Shown one piece after another: positions 35,590 to 43,935 of a stretch of 64,000 nt of DNA (positions are counted from its first letter, which is position 1; the number at the start of each line of letters is the position of its first letter). The notes beneath the pieces were generated by a model. That model was not told where the DNA came from. It worked only from the letters and a program-made list of their open reading frames with translations, and searched no databases. The stretch comes from Deltaproteobacteria bacterium (lineage in GTDB: Bacteria > Myxococcota > XYA12-FULL-58-9), in the NCBI GenBank assembly GCA_016218825.1, contig JACRCV010000075.1, positions 166,358-230,357 on the forward strand, read 5' to 3'. The position numbers were made by a program, and so were the translations under genes.

Positions 35590-36503
35590 GCGAGTTCCGC
35601 TCCGGCTTCGTCGCCCTCGTCGGCCGGCCGAACGTCGGCAAGTCCACCCTGGTGAACGCCCTGGTCGGCCAGAAGCTCGCCATCGTCTCGCCGAAGCCGC
35701 AGACCACCCGCCGCGGCCTGCGGGCGATCGTCAACAGCGACGACGCCCAGGTGGTGCTCGTCGACACCCCCGGCCTGGTCGAAGGCGGGGACGCGCTGCG
35801 GCGCTCGCTGCGCCGGGTGACCGGTATGGCCGCGGCCGAGGCGGACCTGGGCCTGGCGCTCTTCGAGCTCCACCGCGGCGCGGCCCACCTCGAGCCCGCC
35901 GACCGCGAGGTGTTGCAGCTGGCGGCGCGCGGCACCATGGTGGTGGCGATCAACAAGGTCGACCTGCTGGCGCGCAAAGAGGAGCTGTTGCCGTGGATGG
36001 CGCTGTTCGCCGAAGCCTCGAAGGGCGCGCCGGTGGTGCCGATCTCGGCGAAGACCGGCGACGGGCTCGAGGCGTTGCTGCGCGAGCTCAAGGGCCGGCT
36101 GCCGGTCGGACCGCCGCTGTTTCCGCCCGACATGATCACCGACGAGGCCGAGCGGGTGCTAGTGGCGGAGCTGGTCCGGGAGCAGCTCTTGGCAAAGACC
36201 CACGACGAGGTGCCGCACAGCACCGCGGTGGAGATCGAGGAGTTCGTCGACGGCCGGGGGAGCGGCGCCGATCCCATCTGCCACCTGACCGGGCGGATCG
36301 TCGTCGAGCGCGACTCGCAGAAGGGGATCGTCGTCGGCAAGAAGGGCCAGATGATCAAGTCGATCAGCACCGCGGCGCGCCGGCAGATCGAGCTGTTGCT
36401 CGGCGCCCGGGTGTACCTGCGCCTGACGGTGCACGTCGACAAGGATTGGCGCACGAACGCCCGCGCCGTCAGCCGTCTGGGCTACGGCGGGAGCGACTCA
36501 TGA
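35586..36503 (+). CDS. era: GTPase Era
   Basis: ATGA overlap with rnc. GRPNVGKST, DTPG, NKVD and a KH domain. Confidence 0.9.
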   Translation: MSEFRSGFVALVGRPNVGKSTLVNALVGQKLAIVSPKPQTTRRGLRAIVNSDDAQVVLVDTPGLVEGGDALRRSLRRVTGMAAAEADLGLALFELHRGAAHLEPADREVLQLAARGTMVVAINKVDLLARKEELLPWMALFAEASKGAPVVPISAKTGDGLEALLRELKGRLPVGPPLFPPDMITDEAERVLVAELVREQLLAKTHDEVPHSTAVEIEEFVDGRGSGADPICHLTGRIVVERDSQKGIVVGKKGQMIKSISTAARRQIELLLGARVYLRLTVHVDKDWRTNARAVSRLGYGGSDS

Positions 36504-37945
36504 AGGGGCACCTGCCGCTCGTCGCCCTCGTCGGCCGCCCGAACGTCGGCAAGTCGACGCTCTTCAACCGCCTGGTCGGTGAGCGCGCCGCCCTCGTCGA
36601 CGACCGCCCCGGCGTCACCCGCGACCGGCTGTTCGGCGAGTGCGAGCACGAGGGTCGGGTGTTCCGGGTGGTCGACACCGGCGGCTTCGAGCCGCGCGCC
36701 GACGACGAGCTCTGGGTCTCGGTGCGGGAGCAGACGACGCTGGCGATCGACGAGGCCGACCTGGTGCTCCTGGTGTTGGACGGCGCCGCCGGCCTGCAAG
36801 CGACCGATCGCGACATCGCGGCGCTGTTGCGCCGCGGCGCCAAGAAGGTCGTCGCCGTGGTCAACAAGATCGACACCGGCGCCCACGAGGACCGCCTCGC
36901 CGACTTCTACGCCCTCGGCTTCGAGTCGGTGCTGCCGGTGAGCGCCGAGCACGGGCGCGAGGTGGGGGCGCTCTGCGACCTGGTGGTCAGCGTCCTCGAC
37001 CCACCGCTCGCGAGCGAGGCCGACCTGCTCGCGGCGCCGCTGCCGGTCAGGGCCGAGGAGCCGGAGGCGGCGGTCTCGAGCGTCATCGAGTGGCAGGGCG
37101 GGCCGGTGCGGGTCGCGGTGATCGGCCGGCCGAACGTCGGCAAGTCGTCGTTGGTCAATGCGCTCGTCGGCGAGAAGCGCCTGGTCGAGTCGCCGGTCGC
37201 CGGCACGACGCGCGACGCCGTCGACTCCGAGGTGACGATCGACGGCCAGCCGTTCGTGTTCATCGACACCGCCGGCATGCGGCGCAAGTTCTCGATCGCC
37301 GAGCGCCTCGAGCGCTTCGCGGTGATGGTCGCGGTCCGCAGCCTCGATCGCGCCGACGTGACGTTGGTGGTGCTCGACGCGACCACCGGGGTCACCGAGC
37401 AGGACGCCCACATCGTCGGCCTGGCGAACGAGCGCGGCAAAGGGGTCCTGCTGGTGATGAACAAGTGGGACCTGGTCGAAACCGAGGAGCGCCGCCACGA
37501 GCTCAAGGACGCCGTGCGCTATCGCTTGCCCTTCGTCCCCTACGCGCCGCTGTTCACGACCTCGGCGCACACCGGCAAGGGCGTGTCGCAGCTCCTGGGG
37601 GCCGCGGTCGCCGCGCAGCGCGAGCGGCATCGCCGGGTGCCCACCGCCGAGCTCAACCGGTTCTTCGCCGCCGTGGTCGACCGCCACCCGCCGCCGATCC
37701 AGAACGCCAAGCGCCCCCGACTGTACTTCGTGACCCAGCCCCTGATCCGGCCGCCGACCTTCGTGTTCGCGGCGAGCCGCATCGAGGCGATCCCGGAGGC
37801 GTACCGGCGCTACCTCGCGAACGCGCTGCGCGAGCGCTATGGCTTCGAGGCCACGCCGTTGTGGATCAAGTTCCGCCCGCACGGCGGCAAGAACAAGCGC
37901 ACCGGCACCTATCAGTCGAGCAAACGCCCGGCCGCGAAGCGCTGA
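36500..37945 (+). CDS. der: ribosome-associated GTPase Der (EngA), tandem GTPase domains
   Basis: ATGA overlap with era. Two G-domains (GRPNVGKSTLFN...; GRPNVGKSSLVN...) and a C-terminal KH-like domain. Confidence 0.9.
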   Translation: MKGHLPLVALVGRPNVGKSTLFNRLVGERAALVDDRPGVTRDRLFGECEHEGRVFRVVDTGGFEPRADDELWVSVREQTTLAIDEADLVLLVLDGAAGLQATDRDIAALLRRGAKKVVAVVNKIDTGAHEDRLADFYALGFESVLPVSAEHGREVGALCDLVVSVLDPPLASEADLLAAPLPVRAEEPEAAVSSVIEWQGGPVRVAVIGRPNVGKSSLVNALVGEKRLVESPVAGTTRDAVDSEVTIDGQPFVFIDTAGMRRKFSIAERLERFAVMVAVRSLDRADVTLVVLDATTGVTEQDAHIVGLANERGKGVLLVMNKWDLVETEERRHELKDAVRYRLPFVPYAPLFTTSAHTGKGVSQLLGAAVAAQRERHRRVPTAELNRFFAAVVDRHPPPIQNAKRPRLYFVTQPLIRPPTFVFAASRIEAIPEAYRRYLANALRERYGFEATPLWIKFRPHGGKNKRTGTYQSSKRPAAKR

Positions 37946-37993
37946 GGCGCGCTGCGGCCTGCTTTGCTTCCCGCGCGGGAATCAAAGGATAGG
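37946..37993. repeat. repeat fragment, copy F (3' terminal part: ...cccgcgcgggaatcaaagg)
   Basis: Fills the 48-bp spacer between the convergent der and rne stop codons. Matches the cccgcSgggaatcaa(a)g end of copies A, C and E. Confidence 0.4.
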
Positions 37994-40132
37994 TCAACCG
38001 CCGAACAGCTTCTTGACGAAGCCGAGGAAGCCGCCGGTCTTCGCCGGCGGCAGTGAGGCGGCCGGCACTGCCATCGCCGGCGCGGCGCCATGGGACGGTG
38101 GGCGTTGCCCCGAGCCCGTAAGACCCGGGAGCTGGCCCTGGGTGCCCAGCTGCTCGCGGCCTCGACCCCGGCCGCGGCGACGCCGGCGGCGGCGGCTCGA
38201 GCCGCCTTCCTCGTCGGTCTCGCCGCCCGGTCGCTCGCTCGGGCCACGCTTGGGTTCGACGCCGTGCTTCACGAGATAGGCCTCGAGGTCGAGGAGCTCG
38301 AAGCTCGGCAGGCCCAGGTGGGTCGTCGGGTCGTCGCTCTTCCCGTGCTGCGGCGCGCCGCGCTTGTCGTCGGCCTCGTCCCGGCCACCGTGACGCCCGC
38401 GCCGCCGTCCGCGCCGCGAGCCCCGCTCCCCACGGTCGCCGCGATCTCCGCGCCCGCCACGCTCGCCTAGATCCTCGCGCTCCGAGGTGGCGCCGTCACC
38501 GTCGCCGGCCTCCTCCTGGTCGAGGTGCGCCTCGTCGCCGGCCTCCTCGTCGTCCGCGCCCTCGGCCTCGCGCTCCTCGGTGTCCTCGTCCTCGTCGTCG
38601 AGGGCGTCGGGATCGAAGTCCGCCGGCAGCTCCGGCGGCCCGAAGTTCGGCTCGGGCAGCGGCTGCACCACAGCGTGGGCGTTGGCCTCGAAGGTGAAGT
38701 CGTCCTGGCCCGCGACGAAGCGCGGCTCGGGGAGGATGTCGACGCGGACGTTGAAGATCCGCACCAGCTCCTGGACGTCGTTCCACTTGGTGGTGCGCAG
38801 GTGATTCGCGGCCTCGGACTCGACCTTGACGGACGCCGAGAGCAGATCGCCGCGCGCCGCCCGGTCTCGCAAGCGGCGCAGCACCGCGACCGCGTGCGAC
38901 GCCGGGTTGAGGATGTGCCCGGTGCCCTTGCACACCGGACAGGTGCGAAACACGCTGGCCTCGAGGGCGCTGCGCAGCCGCTGCCGGGTGAGCTCGAGGG
39001 TGCCGTTCGGCGAGATCCGGCCGATCTTGACCCGGGCCTTGTCGGCCTTGAAGGCCTCGCGCGCCGCGCGCTCGACCTTGCGCTCGTTGCGGCGGGACAT
39101 CATGTCGATGAAGTCAATGACGATGATGCCGCCGAGATCGCGCAAGCGCAGCTGCCGCGCCGCCTCGAAGGCCGCCTCGAGGTTGGTCCGAAGCGCGGTC
39201 TCCTCGTGGTGCGACTCTTTCTGCTTGCCGGAGTTGACGTCGATCGCGACCAGCGCCTCGGTCTGCTCGATGACCAGCGAGCCGCCGGACTTCAGCGGCA
39301 CCTTGTTGGCGTAAAGGACCTCGAGCTGCTCCTCGATGCGGTAGTGATGGAAGATCGGCCGGCGCTCGACGTAGCGCGACAACACGCTGCGCTGCTTCGG
39401 CATCACCAGGTGCATGTACTCCGCGGAGCGGTCGTAGGCGTCGTCGGAGTCGACGACGATCTCGTCGATGTCCTCGGTGAAGTAGTCGCGCAGGGCGCGG
39501 ATGACGACGTCCTGCTCTTTGAGGATGAGGGCCGGCGCCTTCGCGACCTCGGCCTCCTTGCGGATGTTCTCCCACAGCCGGGTCAGGACCTGCAGATCCC
39601 GCATCAGATCGGGCTTGGGGCGGTCGCGGCCGGCGGTGCGGATGATGAGGCCCATGCCGTCGGGGACGTCGAGGCGGGTCGCCGACTCGCGCATCCGCCG
39701 CCGGGTCTCGTCGTCCTCGATGCGGCGCGACACTCCCTGGCGGTCCTCGCCGGGCATGATGACCAGGTAGCGGCCGGCGATCGACAGGTAGGTGGTGAGC
39801 ACCGCCCCCTTGCTGCCGACCTCCTCCTTGACCACCTGCACCAGGATCTCTTGCTTCGGCTTCAAGAGCTCGTTGACCCGGTGGTACTTGTCGCGCGGCA
39901 GGCCGGCGATCTTCGGGTCGACCTCACCCGCGGTCAGGAAGCCTTCCTTCTCGGCGCCGTAGTCGACGAACGCGGCGTTCAACGCCGGCTCGACGGCGCG
40001 GACGATGGCCTTGTAGATGTTGCCCTTGTTCTTCTCGACCCCGCGGGTCTCGATGTCCAGGTTCTCGAGCACGCCCCGATCACCGAGGATGGCGATGCGC
40101 ACCTCCTCGGGGTCGATGGCGTTGATGATCAT
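37994..40132 (-). CDS. ribonuclease E/G family endoribonuclease with Arg/Asp/Glu-rich low-complexity C-terminal tail
   Basis: MIINAIDPEEVRIAILGDRG... is the S1 domain. The catalytic core resembles Rne/Rng (RNase H-like, DNase I-like, Zn-link CPVCKGTG). Start at 40132 (GGAAGA Shine-Dalgarno) or 40144. Confidence 0.9.
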   Translation of the reverse strand: MIINAIDPEEVRIAILGDRGVLENLDIETRGVEKNKGNIYKAIVRAVEPALNAAFVDYGAEKEGFLTAGEVDPKIAGLPRDKYHRVNELLKPKQEILVQVVKEEVGSKGAVLTTYLSIAGRYLVIMPGEDRQGVSRRIEDDETRRRMRESATRLDVPDGMGLIIRTAGRDRPKPDLMRDLQVLTRLWENIRKEAEVAKAPALILKEQDVVIRALRDYFTEDIDEIVVDSDDAYDRSAEYMHLVMPKQRSVLSRYVERRPIFHHYRIEEQLEVLYANKVPLKSGGSLVIEQTEALVAIDVNSGKQKESHHEETALRTNLEAAFEAARQLRLRDLGGIIVIDFIDMMSRRNERKVERAAREAFKADKARVKIGRISPNGTLELTRQRLRSALEASVFRTCPVCKGTGHILNPASHAVAVLRRLRDRAARGDLLSASVKVESEAANHLRTTKWNDVQELVRIFNVRVDILPEPRFVAGQDDFTFEANAHAVVQPLPEPNFGPPELPADFDPDALDDEDEDTEEREAEGADDEEAGDEAHLDQEEAGDGDGATSEREDLGERGGRGDRGDRGERGSRRGRRRGRHGGRDEADDKRGAPQHGKSDDPTTHLGLPSFELLDLEAYLVKHGVEPKRGPSERPGGETDEEGGSSRRRRRRRGRGRGREQLGTQGQLPGLTGSGQRPPSHGAAPAMAVPAASLPPAKTGGFLGFVKKLFGG

Positions 40133-40296
40133 TTTTCTTCCCATGGCGATTCGTTGCGGGCGCGTTTTGGGGTGCCCGTCCTCAGGTTGACCAAAGCGGC
40201 TCTGGCCGCGGTCCGATGAAGTGGAGAGACTCTCGTGAGCGCTATCCTCGTGGCGCACAAACTGTCGACCTGAACGTCGGCGACCCCCGCCGCCGG

Positions 40297-40818
40297 CTAT
40301 TTGCCCCAGTCCAGCGCCAAACCGATGCGTCCATGCAGGGTCGCGTAGGCTGGAGCTTGTAACAGGTCTGTACCGAACAGCGGGTAGTACCGCATGACGA
40401 CCCCCCAAAGCAACCAGTCAAAATGGACGACCTCGAAGCCGGCGCCGACGACGCTGACCGTCGACGTCGCCGGCACCCCGTGGCGGTTCACCGAGACGCT
40501 GACGTTGGCGACGCCGAGCTCGAGGGTCGGCGCGATCCGAAAGTCGTCGAGGCGATAGCAGAGGGTTGCGCCGAGGACGTCCACCGCCACCCCGGGCTTT
40601 CGGGTGGGGAAGGTCTGGCGATTGCCGAAGACCGTGGCCCGCAGCTGCTCGCCGAGACCCAGCTCCGCCTGGAGCCCGCCGCCGTAGCCGAAGGCGCGCC
40701 GCTCGAAGGGCGGCGCGAGGCCGCTGACCCCGGGCTCGATCGCGAGCTGCAATGAGCCGAGACCGGCGGCGTGCGCCGGGCTGAGGTGCGACGAGCCCAA
40801 GACGACCGTCACGAGCAA
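40297..40818 (-). CDS. small outer-membrane beta-barrel protein (third paralog); start uncertain
   Basis: The C-terminal 160 aa of ORF 40297..41427 resemble the other two small OMPs (signal ...LLLVTVVLGSSHLSPAHA). No ATG is in frame; only TTG 40818 or GTG 40812. Repeat copy C abuts the 5' end. Confidence 0.4.
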   Translation of the reverse strand: MLVTVVLGSSHLSPAHAAGLGSLQLAIEPGVSGLAPPFERRAFGYGGGLQAELGLGEQLRATVFGNRQTFPTRKPGVAVDVLGATLCYRLDDFRIAPTLELGVANVSVSVNRHGVPATSTVSVVGAGFEVVHFDWLLWGVVMRYYPLFGTDLLQAPAYATLHGRIGLALDWGK

Positions 40819-40837
40819 CAGCGGACGCGAAGTGCGT

Positions 40838-41036
40838 CGATGTTGCCCGCCCCACCCGGTCGGGCACCGAGCAGCTGGCTTTGCCCGTGCGAGGTGCGGG
40901 GGCACGGGGGGACGCAGAGCCGGCGCGTCACTCCGTTGTCGCCCTCGGACCACGTGCCGGCGGGCGGTCCCCCCGCCAGGTTGCTGGGGCGCCAAGCGCC
41001 CGCCGGGAATCAAAGAAGCGAGAACCAGTCGATTGC
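40838..41036. repeat. structured GC-rich repeat, copy C (subfamily 1 variant with longer, divergent centre)
   Basis: Shares 5' cgatgttgcccgccccacccgg and 3' gcgcccgccgggaatcaaagaagcgagaaccagtcgattgc with copy A. Confidence 0.55.
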
Positions 41037-41116
41037 TCTGACGCAAAGTGCGATGGAGTATAGCAATCCGCGCCTCTTCGCGGTAAGAGGCCGGATCCGA
41101 AAATCGTTTCCAGGAG

Positions 41117-41929
41117 ATGACCGTGGCCAACGTATCTCGCAAGGAGCTTCTCAAGCCCGAGGACGCGTTCCTCGTCGCCGCCGCCCAGAGCGCCAAGTGG
41201 CTCACCGCCCACCGCACGCCGCTCGTCGCCGGCAGCATCGCGGTAGTGGCGGCCATCCTCGGCACCTGGGGCGTCGTCGAGTACGTCCGGAGCCGCGACC
41301 GCGGCGCGTCGGAGATGTTCGAGACCGCGATGCAGGTCCTCGACGCCGAGGTCCTGGCCGCGGGGGCGACCGAGCAGCCGGCGCCCGAGGACGCCGACAA
41401 CCCCAAGTTTGCGACCGAGGCCGACAAGCGTAAGGCGGTCCGTGATCGCTTTCAGAAGGTGGTCGACGAGAAGGGCGGCAGCGGTGTCGCCGATCTGTCG
41501 TTGTTCTTCGTGGCCGACGCCAACCAGAAGCTCGGTGACAACGCGCTGGCGTTGAAGCAGTTCACGCAGATCGCCGATCGGCTGAGCCCCACCGACAGCC
41601 TGTTCTTCCTGGCGGTCGAGCGCGCCGCGTACCTGCAGGAGGCGGCGGGCGACAAGGACGCGGCCTTGAAGAGCCTGGGCCGCCTGGCAAACACCGAGGG
41701 CGGCTTCTACCGGGACTACGCGACCTTCCACCAGGCGCGGCTCTACCTCGCGAAGGGCGACGTCGACCGGGCGCGCAATCTCTTCGAGCACATCGAGAAG
41801 ACGTTCCCCGAGTCGAGCGTCGCCGAGAAAGCCCGCGACCGGCTCGCGGAGCTCGGACCGGCAAAGCCGGCGGACACCGGCGCGGCGGCGACGCCGGCCG
41901 CGAAGCCCGAGGCGGACCAAGCTCCATGA
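41117..41929 (+). CDS. YfgM-like (UPF0070) TPR-like membrane-anchored protein
   Basis: N-terminal TM (LVAGSIAVVAAILGTWGVV), then TPR-like helices. Sits immediately upstream of bamB, as in the E. coli yfgM-bamB arrangement. GTG 41123 is an alternative start. Confidence 0.65.
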   Translation: MTVANVSRKELLKPEDAFLVAAAQSAKWLTAHRTPLVAGSIAVVAAILGTWGVVEYVRSRDRGASEMFETAMQVLDAEVLAAGATEQPAPEDADNPKFATEADKRKAVRDRFQKVVDEKGGSGVADLSLFFVADANQKLGDNALALKQFTQIADRLSPTDSLFFLAVERAAYLQEAAGDKDAALKSLGRLANTEGGFYRDYATFHQARLYLAKGDVDRARNLFEHIEKTFPESSVAEKARDRLAELGPAKPADTGAAATPAAKPEADQAP

Positions 41930-43122
41930 CGCTCCTCCTCGCGGGCCTGACCGCGCTGGGAGTGGCGGCTGCCTCCGGCCTTCCGGGGGATGACGAGCTC
42001 GTCGGCGGCGGCGCGCGGCGCGTCAGCGTCGACGCTTCGAAGAACGCGGTGTTTGGGCTCGACTGGCGCCGGCCGGTCGTGCGCACCGGCGTCTTCCGGA
42101 CGGTCGCGACCTCGTTCGGCGCCCCGGTGGTCTCCGAGACCCACCGCCTGATCGTCATCGGCTCCGGGGGCGGCGACGTCTTGGCGTTGTCGCTCGCCGA
42201 CGGCACGCTGCGTTGGCGCTATCGCCACGGCGCGCCCTTCATCGGCACCGCGGTCCTCGCCAAGCTCGCCGGCGACGATGTCGAGGCCGAGCTCGTGGTG
42301 CTCGGCAGCCTCGACTCGTCGTTGCTCGCGATCGACGTCGGCACCGGGGCGCTGCTGTGGCGCGCCGAGCTCGACGGCGCGGTGCGGGCGCCGGCGCGCG
42401 TCCTCGGGACCCGGCTGCTCGTCACCACCAGCAACAACAAGCTGGTGTTGCTCGACGGCCTGACCGGCAACCGGCTGTGGAGCAAGGGCAGGGCGGCGCC
42501 CTCCGGGCTCACGGTGGACGGCAACGCCGCGGCGCTCGCGGTGGGCGGCCGGGTGTACGCGACCTACGCCGACGGCTACGCCGAGGCCTACCGGCTCGAG
42601 GACGGCTCGCTGGTCTGGTCGCGGCCGCTGTCGATCTCGGGCGCCAAGTTCATCGACGCCGACGCCGATCCGGTGCTCGCCGACGGCCGCCTCTACGTCG
42701 CCGCCTACGCCGACGGGGTGTTCGCGCTCAACCCCGAAGACGGCCAGACGCTCTGGAGCCGCAACGCCCCTGCGGTCGTCAGCCTCGGCACCTACGAGGA
42801 CATCCTGGTCGCGGCGAGCGCCGACGGCTGGGTCTGGGGCTTCGCGACCGAGGACGGCCGGTTGGCGTACCGCACCCGCTTCAAGGCCGGCGCGGTGTCG
42901 CGCCTCGCGATCCACGATCGGCTGATGGTGTTGTCCGCCGGCGACTACGGCCTGGTGGTGCTGGACGCCGCGACCGGTAAGCCGCTGCAGAGCCTGTCGC
43001 TCGGCAGCGCGTTCGCCGGCGATCCGGCCTGGGACGGCGACCACGTCGCCCTCTTGAGCAGCGCCGGCTATCTCTACGCCTTCGAGCGTCGACGCCAGGA
43101 CGGCCCGTTCGCGTCGAAGTGA
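41926..43122 (+). CDS. bamB: outer membrane protein assembly factor BamB (PQQ-like beta-propeller)
   Basis: ATGA overlap. Repeated PQQ-like blades (...DGTLRWRY..., ...TGALLWRAEL..., ...TGNRLWSK..., ...DGSLVWSRPL..., ...DGQTLWSRN...). Confidence 0.8.
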   Translation: MTLLLAGLTALGVAAASGLPGDDELVGGGARRVSVDASKNAVFGLDWRRPVVRTGVFRTVATSFGAPVVSETHRLIVIGSGGGDVLALSLADGTLRWRYRHGAPFIGTAVLAKLAGDDVEAELVVLGSLDSSLLAIDVGTGALLWRAELDGAVRAPARVLGTRLLVTTSNNKLVLLDGLTGNRLWSKGRAAPSGLTVDGNAAALAVGGRVYATYADGYAEAYRLEDGSLVWSRPLSISGAKFIDADADPVLADGRLYVAAYADGVFALNPEDGQTLWSRNAPAVVSLGTYEDILVAASADGWVWGFATEDGRLAYRTRFKAGAVSRLAIHDRLMVLSAGDYGLVVLDAATGKPLQSLSLGSAFAGDPAWDGDHVALLSSAGYLYAFERRRQDGPFASK

Positions 43123-43146
43123 TCGATCAGGTCCGAGGGGCTCGAG

Positions 43147-43935
43147 ATGAGGATGCGCTGGCCGCAAGCCCTCGTGGCCGCGATGCTGGCGTGGGTCGCC
43201 GCCGATCTCCTCGTTGGCCGACTTCCGGGGTGGCCCGAGGCCGCGGGGCTTGCCGTCATGTTCGGCGGCCTGGCGCTCGCGGCGATGCGCCTCTCTGCGC
43301 AGGGCTTCGTCAAGGCGTTCTGCCGGGCCGCGGGGGCGCGGGCGCGGATCGCGCTGACCTTCGACGACGGCCCCGATCCGGCGACGACACCACAGGTGCT
43401 CGATGTGCTGCGCCGCCACGGGGTGCGGGCGACCTTCTTCGTCCTCGGCGCCAAGGTGGACGCCCATCCGCAGCTCGTCGCGCGTCTCAGAGAGCAGGGG
43501 CACGAGGTCGGCACCCACGGCTACGACCACGATTGGCGCTCGGTGCTGACGGTCGCGGGCGCTCGGCGTCAGGTGCAGCGCGGCGTCGACTCGCTGTTGC
43601 GGGCCCTCGGGGTGCCGCCGGTCTTCTTTCGTCCGCCGTACGGCGTCGTGACCCCGGCCTTGGCGGTGGCGCTGGCGGGCGCTCGGCTGCAGGTGGTCGG
43701 GTGGTCGCTGCGCACTCGTGACGGCACCGGCCGCGGCGAGCCGCTGGCGCGCGCCCAGTGGGTCGTGCGGGTGGCCCGCGCCGGGGACGTGATCCTGATG
43801 CACGACGCGCCGCGCGAGCCGGGGGGACGGATGCCGCTCGGCCCGGCGATGTTGGAGTCGGTGATCGTCGGCCTGAAGGATCGTGGTTTCGAGCTCGTGG
43901 TGCTTTCTGATCTTCTCGCCCGAGCCGCGGCTTGA
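43147..43935 (+). CDS. polysaccharide deacetylase (NodB homology domain)
   Basis: IALTFDDGP, HGYDH and FFRPPYG are CE4/NodB motifs. N-terminal TM. Confidence 0.85.
   Translation: MRMRWPQALVAAMLAWVAADLLVGRLPGWPEAAGLAVMFGGLALAAMRLSAQGFVKAFCRAAGARARIALTFDDGPDPATTPQVLDVLRRHGVRATFFVLGAKVDAHPQLVARLREQGHEVGTHGYDHDWRSVLTVAGARRQVQRGVDSLLRALGVPPVFFRPPYGVVTPALAVALAGARLQVVGWSLRTRDGTGRGEPLARAQWVVRVARAGDVILMHDAPREPGGRMPLGPAMLESVIVGLKDRGFELVVLSDLLARAAA

Noticed and set aside
38270-38720. Apparent tandem short repeats (gcctcctcgtc..., ctcgtcctcgtcgtc...) on the plus strand
   Set aside because: They lie inside the minus-strand RNase E/G gene and simply encode its acidic and Arg-rich low-complexity C-terminal tail (DDEDEDTEEREAEGADDEEAGDE... 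and RGGRGDRGDRGERG...).
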